A stretch of 41,755 nt of DNA from an uncultured Sideroxydans sp. (GTDB lineage: Bacteria; Pseudomonadota; Gammaproteobacteria; Burkholderiales; Gallionellaceae). The DNA lies in the NCBI GenBank assembly GCA_964604485.1, contig CAZRZH010000001.1, positions 1 through 41,755 of the forward strand, in the 5' to 3' direction. Below are positions 1 through 8,550 of the stretch, in pieces. Under the pieces are notes generated by a model. It saw nothing but the letters and a program-made list of their open reading frames with translations. It did not search any database and was not told where the DNA came from. The translations under genes and the position numbers were made by a program. The stretch's first letter is position 1. Each line of letters begins with the position of its first letter.

Positions 1-121
1 TTTTCAGCGCGCAGACGCTATGTTTTCTGGGTAATATTCAACGCGTACCAACACCATATCTCCAAATGACTACCCAAGAGATTATTTTCAACAAGTGAAT
101 AAAGATAGCTAGAGTGGAAAA

Positions 122-583
122 ATGAAAAATACGCCTTCGTTATCACCAATATATCTGACTTCCATCACGCCATACGTGCTAGTCGGGGTGGTATACGAAG
201 AAATGACTGATGGTGACTCAACAGTTGCATTTTATGTCACCAGTGTATTGCTCTTCGTCAGATTACTTGAAATGCTTGGGAGTGTTGTGTCTTGGCGATT
301 CCACGGCAAGAAAATCATGGTTAATGAGTATCTTGAGATATTTCGATCAAATAAGTTTCCAAAGCGCGAATTTAAAACTGAGGATTTATCCGGCTATTTG
401 TCACGTATTGAATACGCTTATTCTGATTTTCCCAATTCGTTAAAAGTAGAAGCAAGGCAAATAATGCGCGCCTTGGAAGCAAATAGGATTTGGGGCATTC
501 CCATTTATATGCGCGTGAACTCTGCGGCAGTGACGGCATTTGATATTTATTCACCTAAATCTGAAGCCCCGCCCCAATATTAA
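122..583 (+). CDS. Hypothetical protein, probably with N-terminal membrane segments (accessory region)
   Basis: 153-aa ORF in DNA visibly more AT-rich than the core genes; hydrophobic stretches (PYVLVGVVY, VAFYVTSVLLFVRLL); no family recognised. Confidence 0.6.
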   Translation: MKNTPSLSPIYLTSITPYVLVGVVYEEMTDGDSTVAFYVTSVLLFVRLLEMLGSVVSWRFHGKKIMVNEYLEIFRSNKFPKREFKTEDLSGYLSRIEYAYSDFPNSLKVEARQIMRALEANRIWGIPIYMRVNSAAVTAFDIYSPKSEAPPQY

Positions 584-598
584 CTTGATATTTAAAAA

Positions 599-805
599 AT
601 GAAAATATTGTTAGCCGCCCTAGTTTGCACAGCCTTCGTGGCGTGCGGTACCGATACGATGTCCGAGAAATCGTGTTACGAGGCTACTTTAGCAACAGCA
701 GAAACTGAAGAACAACTCTTTACTGCACGTGTAGCCAATATGCAAGCTCGAGAAAACGCACATTCAGCAGCGCTTAAGTGGAAGAAAAAGGCATGTAATT
801 ATTGA
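599..805 (+). CDS. Small hypothetical lipoprotein
   Basis: 68 aa; signal peptide MKILLAALVCTAFVAC ending in a lipobox-like FVAC; 15 nt after the previous ORF. Confidence 0.55.
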   Translation: MKILLAALVCTAFVACGTDTMSEKSCYEATLATAETEEQLFTARVANMQARENAHSAALKWKKKACNY

Positions 806-1009
806 ATGCCGAAATAACTTCTTCGGGAACAGAGGGGGGTACCTCTAACTTCTCACTATCAGTCCATACCCTCCCCCCCCGTGGTTACCTTGCTGAAACA
901 GGCTGCCTGCCAGAATTAGACTAAAGGTTTGATATTGGTTTGGAAAACCCGCACAGTCCAGAAAATCCTACACTGCGCCTACACGTCACAAAGTTAGCAG
1001 GTAAAGAAA

Positions 1010-1033
1010 AAGGCCTGTATCACTACAAGCCTT
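1010..1033 (-). terminator. Intrinsic terminator downstream of tRNA-Ala
   Basis: Minus strand reads AAGGCTTGTA-GTGA-TACAGGCCTT followed by further T's, just 3' of the tRNA CCA. Confidence 0.6.
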
Positions 1034-1041
1034 GATTTTAT

Positions 1042-1117
1042 TGGTGGAGGTGATCAGGATCGAACTGACGGCCTTCTGATTGCGAACCAGACGCTCTCCC
1101 AACTGAGCTACACCCCC
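1042..1117 (-). tRNA. tRNA-Ala (anticodon CGC)
   Basis: Reverse complement GGGGGTGTAGCTCAGTTGGGAGAGCGTCTGGTTCGCAATCAGAAGGCCGTCAGTTCGATCCTGATCACCTCCACCA: 76 nt, cloverleaf, G3:U70 alanine identity pair, TT-CGC-AA loop, encoded CCA. Confidence 0.97.
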
Positions 1118-1234
1118 ACGGCATGTGCATCCTAAATGCAAATGAGCCGCTTGGAAAGTGCCGTCAAGGTTTCTAAAAAACCGAATTCCTGCAATAATCC
1201 GCGAGTAAAAAATATTACCGATTCGGGAGAGAAC

Positions 1235-1900
1235 ATGGCTTTGACACAAGACGATATGAAGCGCGCGGTCGCACAAGCGGCGATCACCTATGTGCTCAAC
1301 GATTGCATCGTGGGTGTGGGCACCGGCTCGACGGCCAATTTCTTCATCGACGAACTCGCAAAGATCAAAGGAAAAATTCGCGGCGCGGTGGCCAGTTCGG
1401 AGGCTTCAGCCAAGCGTTTGCAGGGACACGGTATTCAGGTGTTGTCGCTGAACGAGGCGGGCGAATTGCCGGTGTACGTGGACGGGGCGGACGAGATCAC
1501 CCGCCACATGCATATGGTCAAAGGCGGTGGCGGCGCACTCACGCGCGAAAAAATCGTGGCAGCAGCCAGCGCAAAATTCATTTGCGTCTGCGATGAAAGC
1601 AAACTGGTGGATGTGTTGGGCAAATTCCCGTTGCCGATTGAAGTGATCCCGATGGCGCAAAGTTACATCGCGCGGGAAGTGGTGAAATTGGGCGGGCAGC
1701 CGAAACTGCGCGAAGGTTTCATCACCGACAACGGCAACGTCATTCTCGATGTGCACAACCTGCAGATCATGAATCCGGTCGAGTTGGAGACGGCGCTGAA
1801 TCATTTGGCGGGCGTGGTCACCAACGGTCTGTTTGCGCGCCGTGCTGCGGATGTGTTGCTGCTCGGCACACCGCAGGGCGTGAAGACGATGACTCTGTAA
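1235..1900 (+). CDS. rpiA: Ribose-5-phosphate isomerase A
   Basis: Motifs [26 protein letters not shown]; start set at MALTQ (1235) after GGAGA RBS. Confidence 0.97.
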   Translation: MALTQDDMKRAVAQAAITYVLNDCIVGVGTGSTANFFIDELAKIKGKIRGAVASSEASAKRLQGHGIQVLSLNEAGELPVYVDGADEITRHMHMVKGGGGALTREKIVAAASAKFICVCDESKLVDVLGKFPLPIEVIPMAQSYIAREVVKLGGQPKLREGFITDNGNVILDVHNLQIMNPVELETALNHLAGVVTNGLFARRAADVLLLGTPQGVKTMTL

Positions 1901-1960
1901 CAAATATTTAACGGTGCGGCATTAGCATCCGTCATTGGCAATAATCCTTAAGGAATGATC

Positions 1961-2668
1961 ATGGGTAATAGCGAACACACTTCGAAACAGTTTGATACGG
2001 AGCTCGAAGCCGTACGCGCGCGCGTGTTGCAGATGGGCGGGCTGGTGGAAAGCCAGATCCGCTTGGCCATCGAATCGCTGACTTCGGGTGATGTGGCATT
2101 GATGAACCGGGTGATCGAGGATGACCATCGCGTAAATGCGCTGGAAGTGGAGATCGACGAGAACTGCAGCCACATCTTGGTGCGCCGCCAGCCCGCCGCG
2201 GGCGATCTGCGTATGGTGATGACCGTTATCAAGACCATCACCGATCTGGAACGTATCGGTGACGAGGCGGAAAAAATCGCGCGCATGGCCAAGCTGCTGT
2301 CGCAAAAAGACCGCCTGCATCTGCCGCGTTACACCGAAATCAAACATGCTTCCGACATCGCGCTGGATATGCTGCGCAAATCACTGGACGCCTTCGCGCG
2401 TCTTGATTTGGTTACCGCCGCGCAGGTGGTGCGCCAGGACGAACTGGTTGATGAGGAGTTTCGCGCCACCATGCGTTACCTCATCACCTTCATGATGGAA
2501 GACCCGCGCACTATCTCGACCTCGCTGGAGATTCTGTTTGTCGCGAAGGCCATCGAACGCATCGGCGACCATGCCAAGAACATGTCGGAATACGTGGTGT
2601 ATATGGTCAAAGGCCGTGACGTGCGCCATGTCTCGGTGGAAGAAATCGAACGCGAAGTCCAGCAATAA
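1961..2668 (+). CDS. phoU: Phosphate signalling complex protein PhoU
   Basis: Two PhoU repeats (QPAAGDLR...DLERIGD; IERIGDHAKN); AAGGA RBS. Confidence 0.95.
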   Translation: MGNSEHTSKQFDTELEAVRARVLQMGGLVESQIRLAIESLTSGDVALMNRVIEDDHRVNALEVEIDENCSHILVRRQPAAGDLRMVMTVIKTITDLERIGDEAEKIARMAKLLSQKDRLHLPRYTEIKHASDIALDMLRKSLDAFARLDLVTAAQVVRQDELVDEEFRATMRYLITFMMEDPRTISTSLEILFVAKAIERIGDHAKNMSEYVVYMVKGRDVRHVSVEEIEREVQQ

Positions 2669-2684
2669 TCCGCAGCGCCCCGCC

Positions 2685-4163
2685 GTGTTACAGCAACCCA
2701 TTCTCGCTGCGCTCGACCTGGGTTCGAATAGTTTTCGCCTGCAGATCGCCCGTGTCGAAAATGACCAGCTGTACATGCTGGACGGGTTGCGTGAAGCGGT
2801 GCGCTTGGCTGCCGGACTGACCGAAGACAAACACCTCGACAAACCGGCACAACAACGCGCACTCGCGTGTCTGCAACGCTTCGGTGAACGCCTGCGCGGG
2901 TTGCCCCACGAAGCGGTGCGCGCGGTCGGCACCAACTCCCTGCGTGTCGCCAAAAATGCACCCGAATTCCTGCAACACGCCGAAGCCGCTCTCGGATTCC
3001 CGATTGAAGTTATTGCGGGCCGCGAAGAAGCGCGCCTGATTTATATGGGTGTGGCGCGCGGTTTGCCGCAATCGGAAAACAAACGCATGGTCATGGACAT
3101 CGGCGGTGGCTCTACCGAATTCATCATCGGTTACAAGTGGCAGCCGCTCAAGCTGGAAAGTCTGTACATGGGCTGCGTCAGCTACAGCGCTCGCTATTTT
3201 CCGGACGGCAAAATCAACAAAACCAATCTCAAACAGGCCGAACTCGCCGCCCGTACCGAAGTGCAGACTATTGCCGCAGATTTCTCCCAAGGAAATTGGG
3301 ATGTCGCGTTGGGTTCATCCGGCAGTGCGCGCGTGTTGTGCGACATTCTGGAGCAGAACGGTTTCAGTAGCGGCGGCATCACCCGCGACGGTTTGGAACA
3401 GCTGCGGGCCTATCTCCTGCGCGCGGGCGATGTGAGCAAGCTGGAACTGCAAGGCCTGAAACCGGATCGCATCCCGGTGTTACCCGGCGGTTTTGCCATC
3501 CTGTATGCGGCGTTCTGCGAATTGGACATCGGCCACATGCAAACCGCGTTGGGCGCTTTGCGCGAAGGTGTGTTGTACGACCTGCTGGGCAGGTTTCACC
3601 ACAACGATATGCGCGAAGCCACCGTGCAACAATTCATGCGCCGCTATCACGTGGATGCCCGCCAGGCGGCACGCGTGTCGCATCTGGCGAACTTGTTGGC
3701 AGTGCAATTTCTTGAAGAACGGCTTACCGACGAAAAATCGCGCCTGCTGGGCTGGGCGTCCAACCTGCACGAGATCGGCATCAGCGTGGCGCACAGCGGC
3801 TACCACAAACACACGGCTTACATCCTCGCCAACGCCGACATGCCCGGCTTTTCCAAGATGGAGCAGAGCCAGTTAAGTTTGCTGGCCTTGTCACATCGCG
3901 GCGGTTTGGAGAAGTTGCGCGGCTTGCTGGACACGCCGGACAAATTGGCCAAAGCCATGGCGTTGCGACTTGCGGCGCTGTTCTACCGCAACCGCAGCGA
4001 TGTTGAATTGCCGACTATTCTGGGACGCTTTAACGGCACCCGATTTACCCTCGAACTGGCGCTCGGATGGCTGGCAAAAAATCCGCTCACCGAAGCTGCG
4101 CTACAGGAAGAATGCAAGCAATGGAAGGGGCTGGGCGTGGGCCTGCAACTGGTCGAGGGCTGA
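2685..4163 (+). CDS. ppx: Exopolyphosphatase (Ppx/GppA family)
   Basis: DLGSNSF, GREEARLIY, DIGGGSTE, ALREG and LHEIG motifs; start inferred at GTG 2685 just after the phoU stop. Confidence 0.93.
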   Translation: MLQQPILAALDLGSNSFRLQIARVENDQLYMLDGLREAVRLAAGLTEDKHLDKPAQQRALACLQRFGERLRGLPHEAVRAVGTNSLRVAKNAPEFLQHAEAALGFPIEVIAGREEARLIYMGVARGLPQSENKRMVMDIGGGSTEFIIGYKWQPLKLESLYMGCVSYSARYFPDGKINKTNLKQAELAARTEVQTIAADFSQGNWDVALGSSGSARVLCDILEQNGFSSGGITRDGLEQLRAYLLRAGDVSKLELQGLKPDRIPVLPGGFAILYAAFCELDIGHMQTALGALREGVLYDLLGRFHHNDMREATVQQFMRRYHVDARQAARVSHLANLLAVQFLEERLTDEKSRLLGWASNLHEIGISVAHSGYHKHTAYILANADMPGFSKMEQSQLSLLALSHRGGLEKLRGLLDTPDKLAKAMALRLAALFYRNRSDVELPTILGRFNGTRFTLELALGWLAKNPLTEAALQEECKQWKGLGVGLQLVEG

Positions 4164-4276
4164 ACTCCCCCAACACACCGGTTCAATTTGCAGTACACAA
4201 AACCATCAATGGCATTGATGCAGAATCGCTTCAACCGCCTGCAGAAATTTAGTTTCCCCATGATAGACTCCGCGCC

Positions 4277-4626
4277 GAAGCTGGCTAGACAGTCGCCGCG
4301 TGCCTTGTTGCACGGGGAGGAAAGTCCGGGCTCCACAGAGCAGGATGCCGGTTAACGACCGGACGCCGTGAGGCGATGGAAAGTGCCACAGAAAATATAC
4401 CGCCGATGGCTGTGCAAGCAGTACAGGTAAGGTTGAAATGGCGAGGTAAGAGCTCACCGCGCGGGTGGCAACATCCGTGGCAGGGTAAACCCCATCCGGA
4501 GCAAGACCAAATAGGCAAGCTATGGCGCGGCTCGCGTCGCTTGCGGGTAGGTTGCTTGAGCGTCAGGTAACGAAACGCCTAGAGGAATGACTGTCCACGA
4601 CAGAACCCGGCTTACCGGCCAGCTTC
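4277..4626 (+). ncRNA. rnpB: RNase P RNA, bacterial class A
   Basis: Universal GAGGAAAGTCCGGGCTC and ACAGAACCCGGCTTA segments; 5' GAAGCTGGC pairs with 3' GCCAGCTTC; TAGACT -10 plus GC-rich discriminator upstream. Confidence 0.97.
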
Positions 4627-4643
4627 ACCTAATTCCAAAAAAC

Positions 4644-5165
4644 TTATGCGATCACACGTGTCAGCACCGCGGGTGCAATGATTTTGTGCAGGGGTGTGAC
4701 GGGGAGCATGTAAAGCTTGCCAAGCAGATTGTGTGTGTGAACAACCGTCGTTACTACAATGGAACAATCGCCAACACCGGCGGCAGTGCTTTTGTAGATG
4801 GAAAGTACCACATCCAAATGTTTGTCGCTGTCGCCCAGTAGGACCTCACCGGGTGTGTTGGAAATTAGCGTGAAAATGCCAACGCGGTCACCCGGCAAAT
4901 AGTCCGTGTCGGGTTTTTTAGAATCGAAATTCCCCATTCCACCAAGATCTTTCAAGCCGAACAGCCGCACAGTTTTGTTGCGCAACGTCATGAGCGAATT
5001 GACCCATGTGGGTGTGTTCGAGATGGCGGTCAGGAAATATCCCAGTGCGCTGCGCCCGTCGTTGGGAACGCTGATGGCGTAGCAATCGTAATAATTGGCG
5101 CCAGCAAGCCGTTTAGTGATCTTGCTTGCGCCGGGTACGCTGCTGCGGGTCACTTTGCGGGACAT
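4644..5165 (-). CDS. DUF2867-like protein
   Basis: Motifs PTWVNSLMTLRN, DRVGIFTL, GDSDKHLD, HNLLGKLYMLPV recalled as typical of DUF2867; last gene of the ubi-dsbC operon. Confidence 0.75.
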   Translation of the reverse strand: MSRKVTRSSVPGASKITKRLAGANYYDCYAISVPNDGRSALGYFLTAISNTPTWVNSLMTLRNKTVRLFGLKDLGGMGNFDSKKPDTDYLPGDRVGIFTLISNTPGEVLLGDSDKHLDVVLSIYKSTAAGVGDCSIVVTTVVHTHNLLGKLYMLPVTPLHKIIAPAVLTRVIA

Positions 5166-5177
5166 TGGGGGCGACGC

Positions 5178-5882
5178 TTATTTGTTTTTATTCAGCGCAT
5201 CATCCAATTGTGCCAGCGGCATGTAACCGGGATTAATCACGCCATTGGCGAAGATCAGCGCGGGCGTGCCGTTCACTTTAAGTTTCGCCCCCAGTTGTTT
5301 CACTTGTGCGAAGGGTGTGTCGCATTTGGCGGCGGCGGGCTGAATGCCCTTCAGCATCATGTCATCCCAGGCTTTCACTTTGTCTTTGCTGCACCACACA
5401 TTGCGCACCTTTTCATCCGAGCCGTCAAAGATTGGATACAGGAACAGGTACAGCGTGACGTCATCCAAGGCCTGCAACTCATGCTCCAGTTTTTTGCAAT
5501 AGCCACAATTCGGGTCGGTGAAATAGGCCAGCTTGCGCGACCCATTTCCCTTCACTTTTTTCACAGCAAGGTCCAGCGGTAACTTGGAAAAATCCACAGC
5601 GAACAATTTGCGCGCGCGTGCTTCGGTCAGGTTACGCCGCACTTTCAGGTCGAACATACTGCCGTCGATGAGATATTGCGCAGATTCGTCGATGTAGAAG
5701 ATGCGGTCTCCGGTCACCACCTCATACAAGCCCGCGATCGGGGATTTGTTCACCTGATCGATCGGGCCGATGATCTGTTCATAATTCTTTTGCAACGTGT
5801 CCTTGAGTGTGGCGGCGGGGTCTTTTTCGGTCGCATGCGCGAGCGAAACTGAAAGCAGGAACGACAGCAATATTCTGAACAT
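5178..5882 (-). CDS. dsbC: Disulfide isomerase DsbC
   Basis: Signal peptide, N-terminal dimerisation region (PIAGLYEV), FTDPNCGYC active site, GTP cis-Pro loop. Confidence 0.9.
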   Translation of the reverse strand: MFRILLSFLLSVSLAHATEKDPAATLKDTLQKNYEQIIGPIDQVNKSPIAGLYEVVTGDRIFYIDESAQYLIDGSMFDLKVRRNLTEARARKLFAVDFSKLPLDLAVKKVKGNGSRKLAYFTDPNCGYCKKLEHELQALDDVTLYLFLYPIFDGSDEKVRNVWCSKDKVKAWDDMMLKGIQPAAAKCDTPFAQVKQLGAKLKVNGTPALIFANGVINPGYMPLAQLDDALNKNK

Positions 5883-5904
5883 TTGCAAAATCCTTATTGA
5901 AAAA

Positions 5905-7104
5905 TCAATTGAGTGCGTGACGCGCCAGCATCTTTTTCAGCGGCACGATCTTGTTGGTTGCCGCGAGGCCGACATTGCGCAGCGTGCGCAAGATCGGATT
6001 GTTGTTGACGAACAGGTGCTTCAGCGTGTCGGTGGTAAGTTGCATGGAGAGGATGTCATCCTGCCGGGCTTTTTCGTAACGGCGCAACAGGCTGATATCG
6101 CCGCAATCCAGCGCACCGCGCTGGTTCAAGACATTTACCAATTCGCGCGTATCACGCAAACCAAGGTTGACCCCTTGTCCGGAAAGCGGGTGAACGTTGT
6201 GCGCGGCATCACCCACCAGCGCCAGACGCGGTTTGGTGATGTGCGCCAAATTCAACACGCGCAAGGGGAATGCGGCGGGTGCCGTGATTACCTGCAAATC
6301 GCCCAGCGTATTTTGCGAAGCTTCAGAAACGCGGGCGCACAAATCGGGGTGAGTGAGCGCCAACAGTTCGGCCGATTTCTCCGGGCTGACCGACCACACG
6401 ATGGAGATGCGCTTCCCCGGCAACGGTAACAAAGCCAAGATGCCGTCCGTCTGGAACCATTGATACGCGATACCGCGATGGGCTTTCGAGATACTGAAGT
6501 TGGCGACCACTCCGTGTTGAAAGTAAGGCGTGGGTACTTCCGGCATACCCGCCTGATGACGCACCCAAGAGTCGCGGCCATCGGCGCCGACGATAAGTTT
6601 GGCTTTGATATCGCGCCCGTCTTTTAACTTCAAATACGCGGCGTCTTCCTGCCAATAAAGTTCCGCGCATTGCGCGGGTTGTAGCAGAGTGAGGTTGTCT
6701 TGCCCGGGTAAGCCTTGCCACAGCGCATGTTGCAACAAACGGCTCTCCAGGATGAAAGCCAGTTCGGGTTCACCCAGTTGATAGGCGCTGAAATCGAGTT
6801 TGGAGCCGGTGTCGCCGAATACGCGCATGGCCTCCACTTGTTGCACGCGGGAAGTGTCCAAGTGTTGCCAGGCACCGCATTCGGCGAGGAACTTAACATT
6901 GCCGGGGGTGAACGCGTAGATGCGGCTGTCCCAATTTTCACCCGTCGAGCCGGTGGTTTCTTGCGCTTCCGGGGGGGGGGAAGCGGGCAATTTGGGCAGA
7001 GCCTGCCCTTCCACGAGAGCGACGCGTAAACCACTGGATTTAAGGGCGCTTGCCAAGCTTGCACCGACGATGCCGCCCCCGATAATGACGATGTCGAACT
7101 CCAT
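5905..7104 (-). CDS. FAD-dependent hydroxylase, UbiH/UbiF/UbiI (COQ6) family
   Basis: GGGIVG Rossmann motif, WDSRIYA, GADGRDSWVR, GDAAHNVHPLSGQGVNLGLRD. Confidence 0.9.
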   Translation of the reverse strand: MEFDIVIIGGGIVGASLASALKSSGLRVALVEGQALPKLPASPPPEAQETTGSTGENWDSRIYAFTPGNVKFLAECGAWQHLDTSRVQQVEAMRVFGDTGSKLDFSAYQLGEPELAFILESRLLQHALWQGLPGQDNLTLLQPAQCAELYWQEDAAYLKLKDGRDIKAKLIVGADGRDSWVRHQAGMPEVPTPYFQHGVVANFSISKAHRGIAYQWFQTDGILALLPLPGKRISIVWSVSPEKSAELLALTHPDLCARVSEASQNTLGDLQVITAPAAFPLRVLNLAHITKPRLALVGDAAHNVHPLSGQGVNLGLRDTRELVNVLNQRGALDCGDISLLRRYEKARQDDILSMQLTTDTLKHLFVNNNPILRTLRNVGLAATNKIVPLKKMLARHALN

Positions 7105-7161
7105 TCCGAACACCCCGTATAAAAAAGTCGCGGCATCATAGCATGGGCGAGTTGATTAAAT

Positions 7162-7175
7162 TATAATCGCCCCCC
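7162..7175 (+). promoter_or_regulatory. sigma70 -10 element with GC-rich discriminator for dusB-fis
   Basis: Perfect TATAAT at 7162-7167 followed by CGCCCCCC, as expected for a stringently controlled dusB-fis promoter; -35 poor. Confidence 0.55.
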
Positions 7176-7190
7176 TTTTTGGAATTCGCC

Positions 7191-8201
7191 ATGAAAATCG
7201 GCCGCTACCAGCTCAAGAATAACCTCATCGTTGCACCCATGGCGGGTGTGACCGACAGGCCATTCCGCATGTTGTGCAAACGTTTGGGCGCGGGCATGGC
7301 GGTGAGCGAGATGGTGGCCTCAAATTCCCTGCTGTACGGCTCGGAGAAAACCAAACGCCGCGCCAATCATGAAGGCGAAGTCGATCCTATTTCCGTACAA
7401 ATTGTCGGTGCCGATCCGCAGATGCTGGCGCAGGCCGCACGCTACAACGTGGACCACGGCGCACAAATTATCGACATCAACATGGGTTGCCCGGCGAAGA
7501 AAATTTGCAACGTGATGGCCGGTTCGGCCCTGATGCAGAATGAAAAACTGGTGGCCGAAATTTTGCAAACGGTGGTCGGCGCGGTGGACGTACCCGTCAC
7601 CCTGAAGATTCGCACCGGTTGGGACAAGACCAACCGCAACGCGGTGAACATCGCGCGTATTGCCGAATCCAGCGGCATCCAGGCACTGGCCATCCATGGC
7701 CGCACGCGCGCCTGCGCCTACACCGGCGACGCGGAATACGACACCATCCGCGCTGTAAAAGCAGAAGTGAAAATCCCGGTCATCGCCAACGGTGACATCA
7801 CCACCCCGGAAAAAGCCCGCTACGTGTTGCAGCATACCGGCGCGGATGCAGTGATGATCGGCCGCGCAGCTCAGGGGCGGCCGTGGCTGTTCCGCGAGAT
7901 CGGACATTTCTTGCAATCCGGCGAACATTTGCCCGCTGCGGAGGTGAATGAGATTCGTGGCATTCTGTTGATGCATGTGAGTGATCTGTATGATTTCTAC
8001 GGCGATCTTTCCGGATTGCGTATCGCGCGCAAACACATCTCTTGGTATACCAAAGGACTGCATGGTTCGGCGGCATTCCGTTTCCGCATGAACCAGTTGG
8101 AAAGTATCGACGAACAGCAGCGGGCGGTGAATGATTTTTTTGATGAACTGCAAAGCAAGGGCACGCATTTGCAGTATGTACATGCAGGAGAAATACAATG
8201 A
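7191..8201 (+). CDS. dusB: tRNA-dihydrouridine synthase B
   Basis: APMAGVTDRPFR, IDINMGCPAKK, HGRTR, ANGDI motifs; upstream of fis. Confidence 0.95.
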   Translation: MKIGRYQLKNNLIVAPMAGVTDRPFRMLCKRLGAGMAVSEMVASNSLLYGSEKTKRRANHEGEVDPISVQIVGADPQMLAQAARYNVDHGAQIIDINMGCPAKKICNVMAGSALMQNEKLVAEILQTVVGAVDVPVTLKIRTGWDKTNRNAVNIARIAESSGIQALAIHGRTRACAYTGDAEYDTIRAVKAEVKIPVIANGDITTPEKARYVLQHTGADAVMIGRAAQGRPWLFREIGHFLQSGEHLPAAEVNEIRGILLMHVSDLYDFYGDLSGLRIARKHISWYTKGLHGSAAFRFRMNQLESIDEQQRAVNDFFDELQSKGTHLQYVHAGEIQ

Positions 8202-8449
8202 GCGAAAACCCGATCAACGAGAACGATATCGCCAAACATGTGCGCAAAGCGGTCAGCGATTATTTCAAAGATCTGGATGGTGAAGATCCGTCCTGCGGTG
8301 TGTACGACATGGTGATGTGTTGTGCCGAAAAGCCGCTGATTGAAACCGTGTTGTTCCACGCGGGCGGCAACCAGACACGAACCGCCGAACTGTTGGGCAT
8401 CAACCGAAACACCCTGCGCAAGAAAATGCAGGAATACCGGATCAAATAA
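8198..8449 (+). CDS. fis: Fis family DNA-binding protein
   Basis: C-terminal [24 protein letters not shown]; 4-nt overlap with dusB. Confidence 0.92.
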   Translation: MSENPINENDIAKHVRKAVSDYFKDLDGEDPSCGVYDMVMCCAEKPLIETVLFHAGGNQTRTAELLGINRNTLRKKMQEYRIK

Positions 8450-8550
8450 AAATCCAACTTTCGTCACCGGGCAACGCAGCAATTTTTTGTTCGCGCCTTG
8501 TCCGGCCGGGAAATTTGAATTTTCAGATATTCAAAATAAAGGAAGCGCAA

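Noticed and set aside
986-1276. 96-aa minus-strand ORF
   Set aside because: It reads through the tRNA-Ala gene and its promoter; spurious
2538-2684. N-terminal extensions in the ORF track for ppx (also rpiA, DUF2283, ftsQ, cNMP protein, argJ)
   Set aside because: Longest-ORF artefacts overlapping upstream features; family homology, and in most cases an RBS, points to the downstream starts
4206-4570. Short ORFs on both strands over rnpB
   Set aside because: They coincide with the RNase P RNA gene
8461-8512. Hairpin between fis and purH (CCGGGCAA...TTGTCCGG) as a ZMP/ZTP riboswitch
   Set aside because: The position fits, but the conserved GACTGGCG and CGCCTGGGC pseudoknot segments are not recognisable; only a generic imperfect stem
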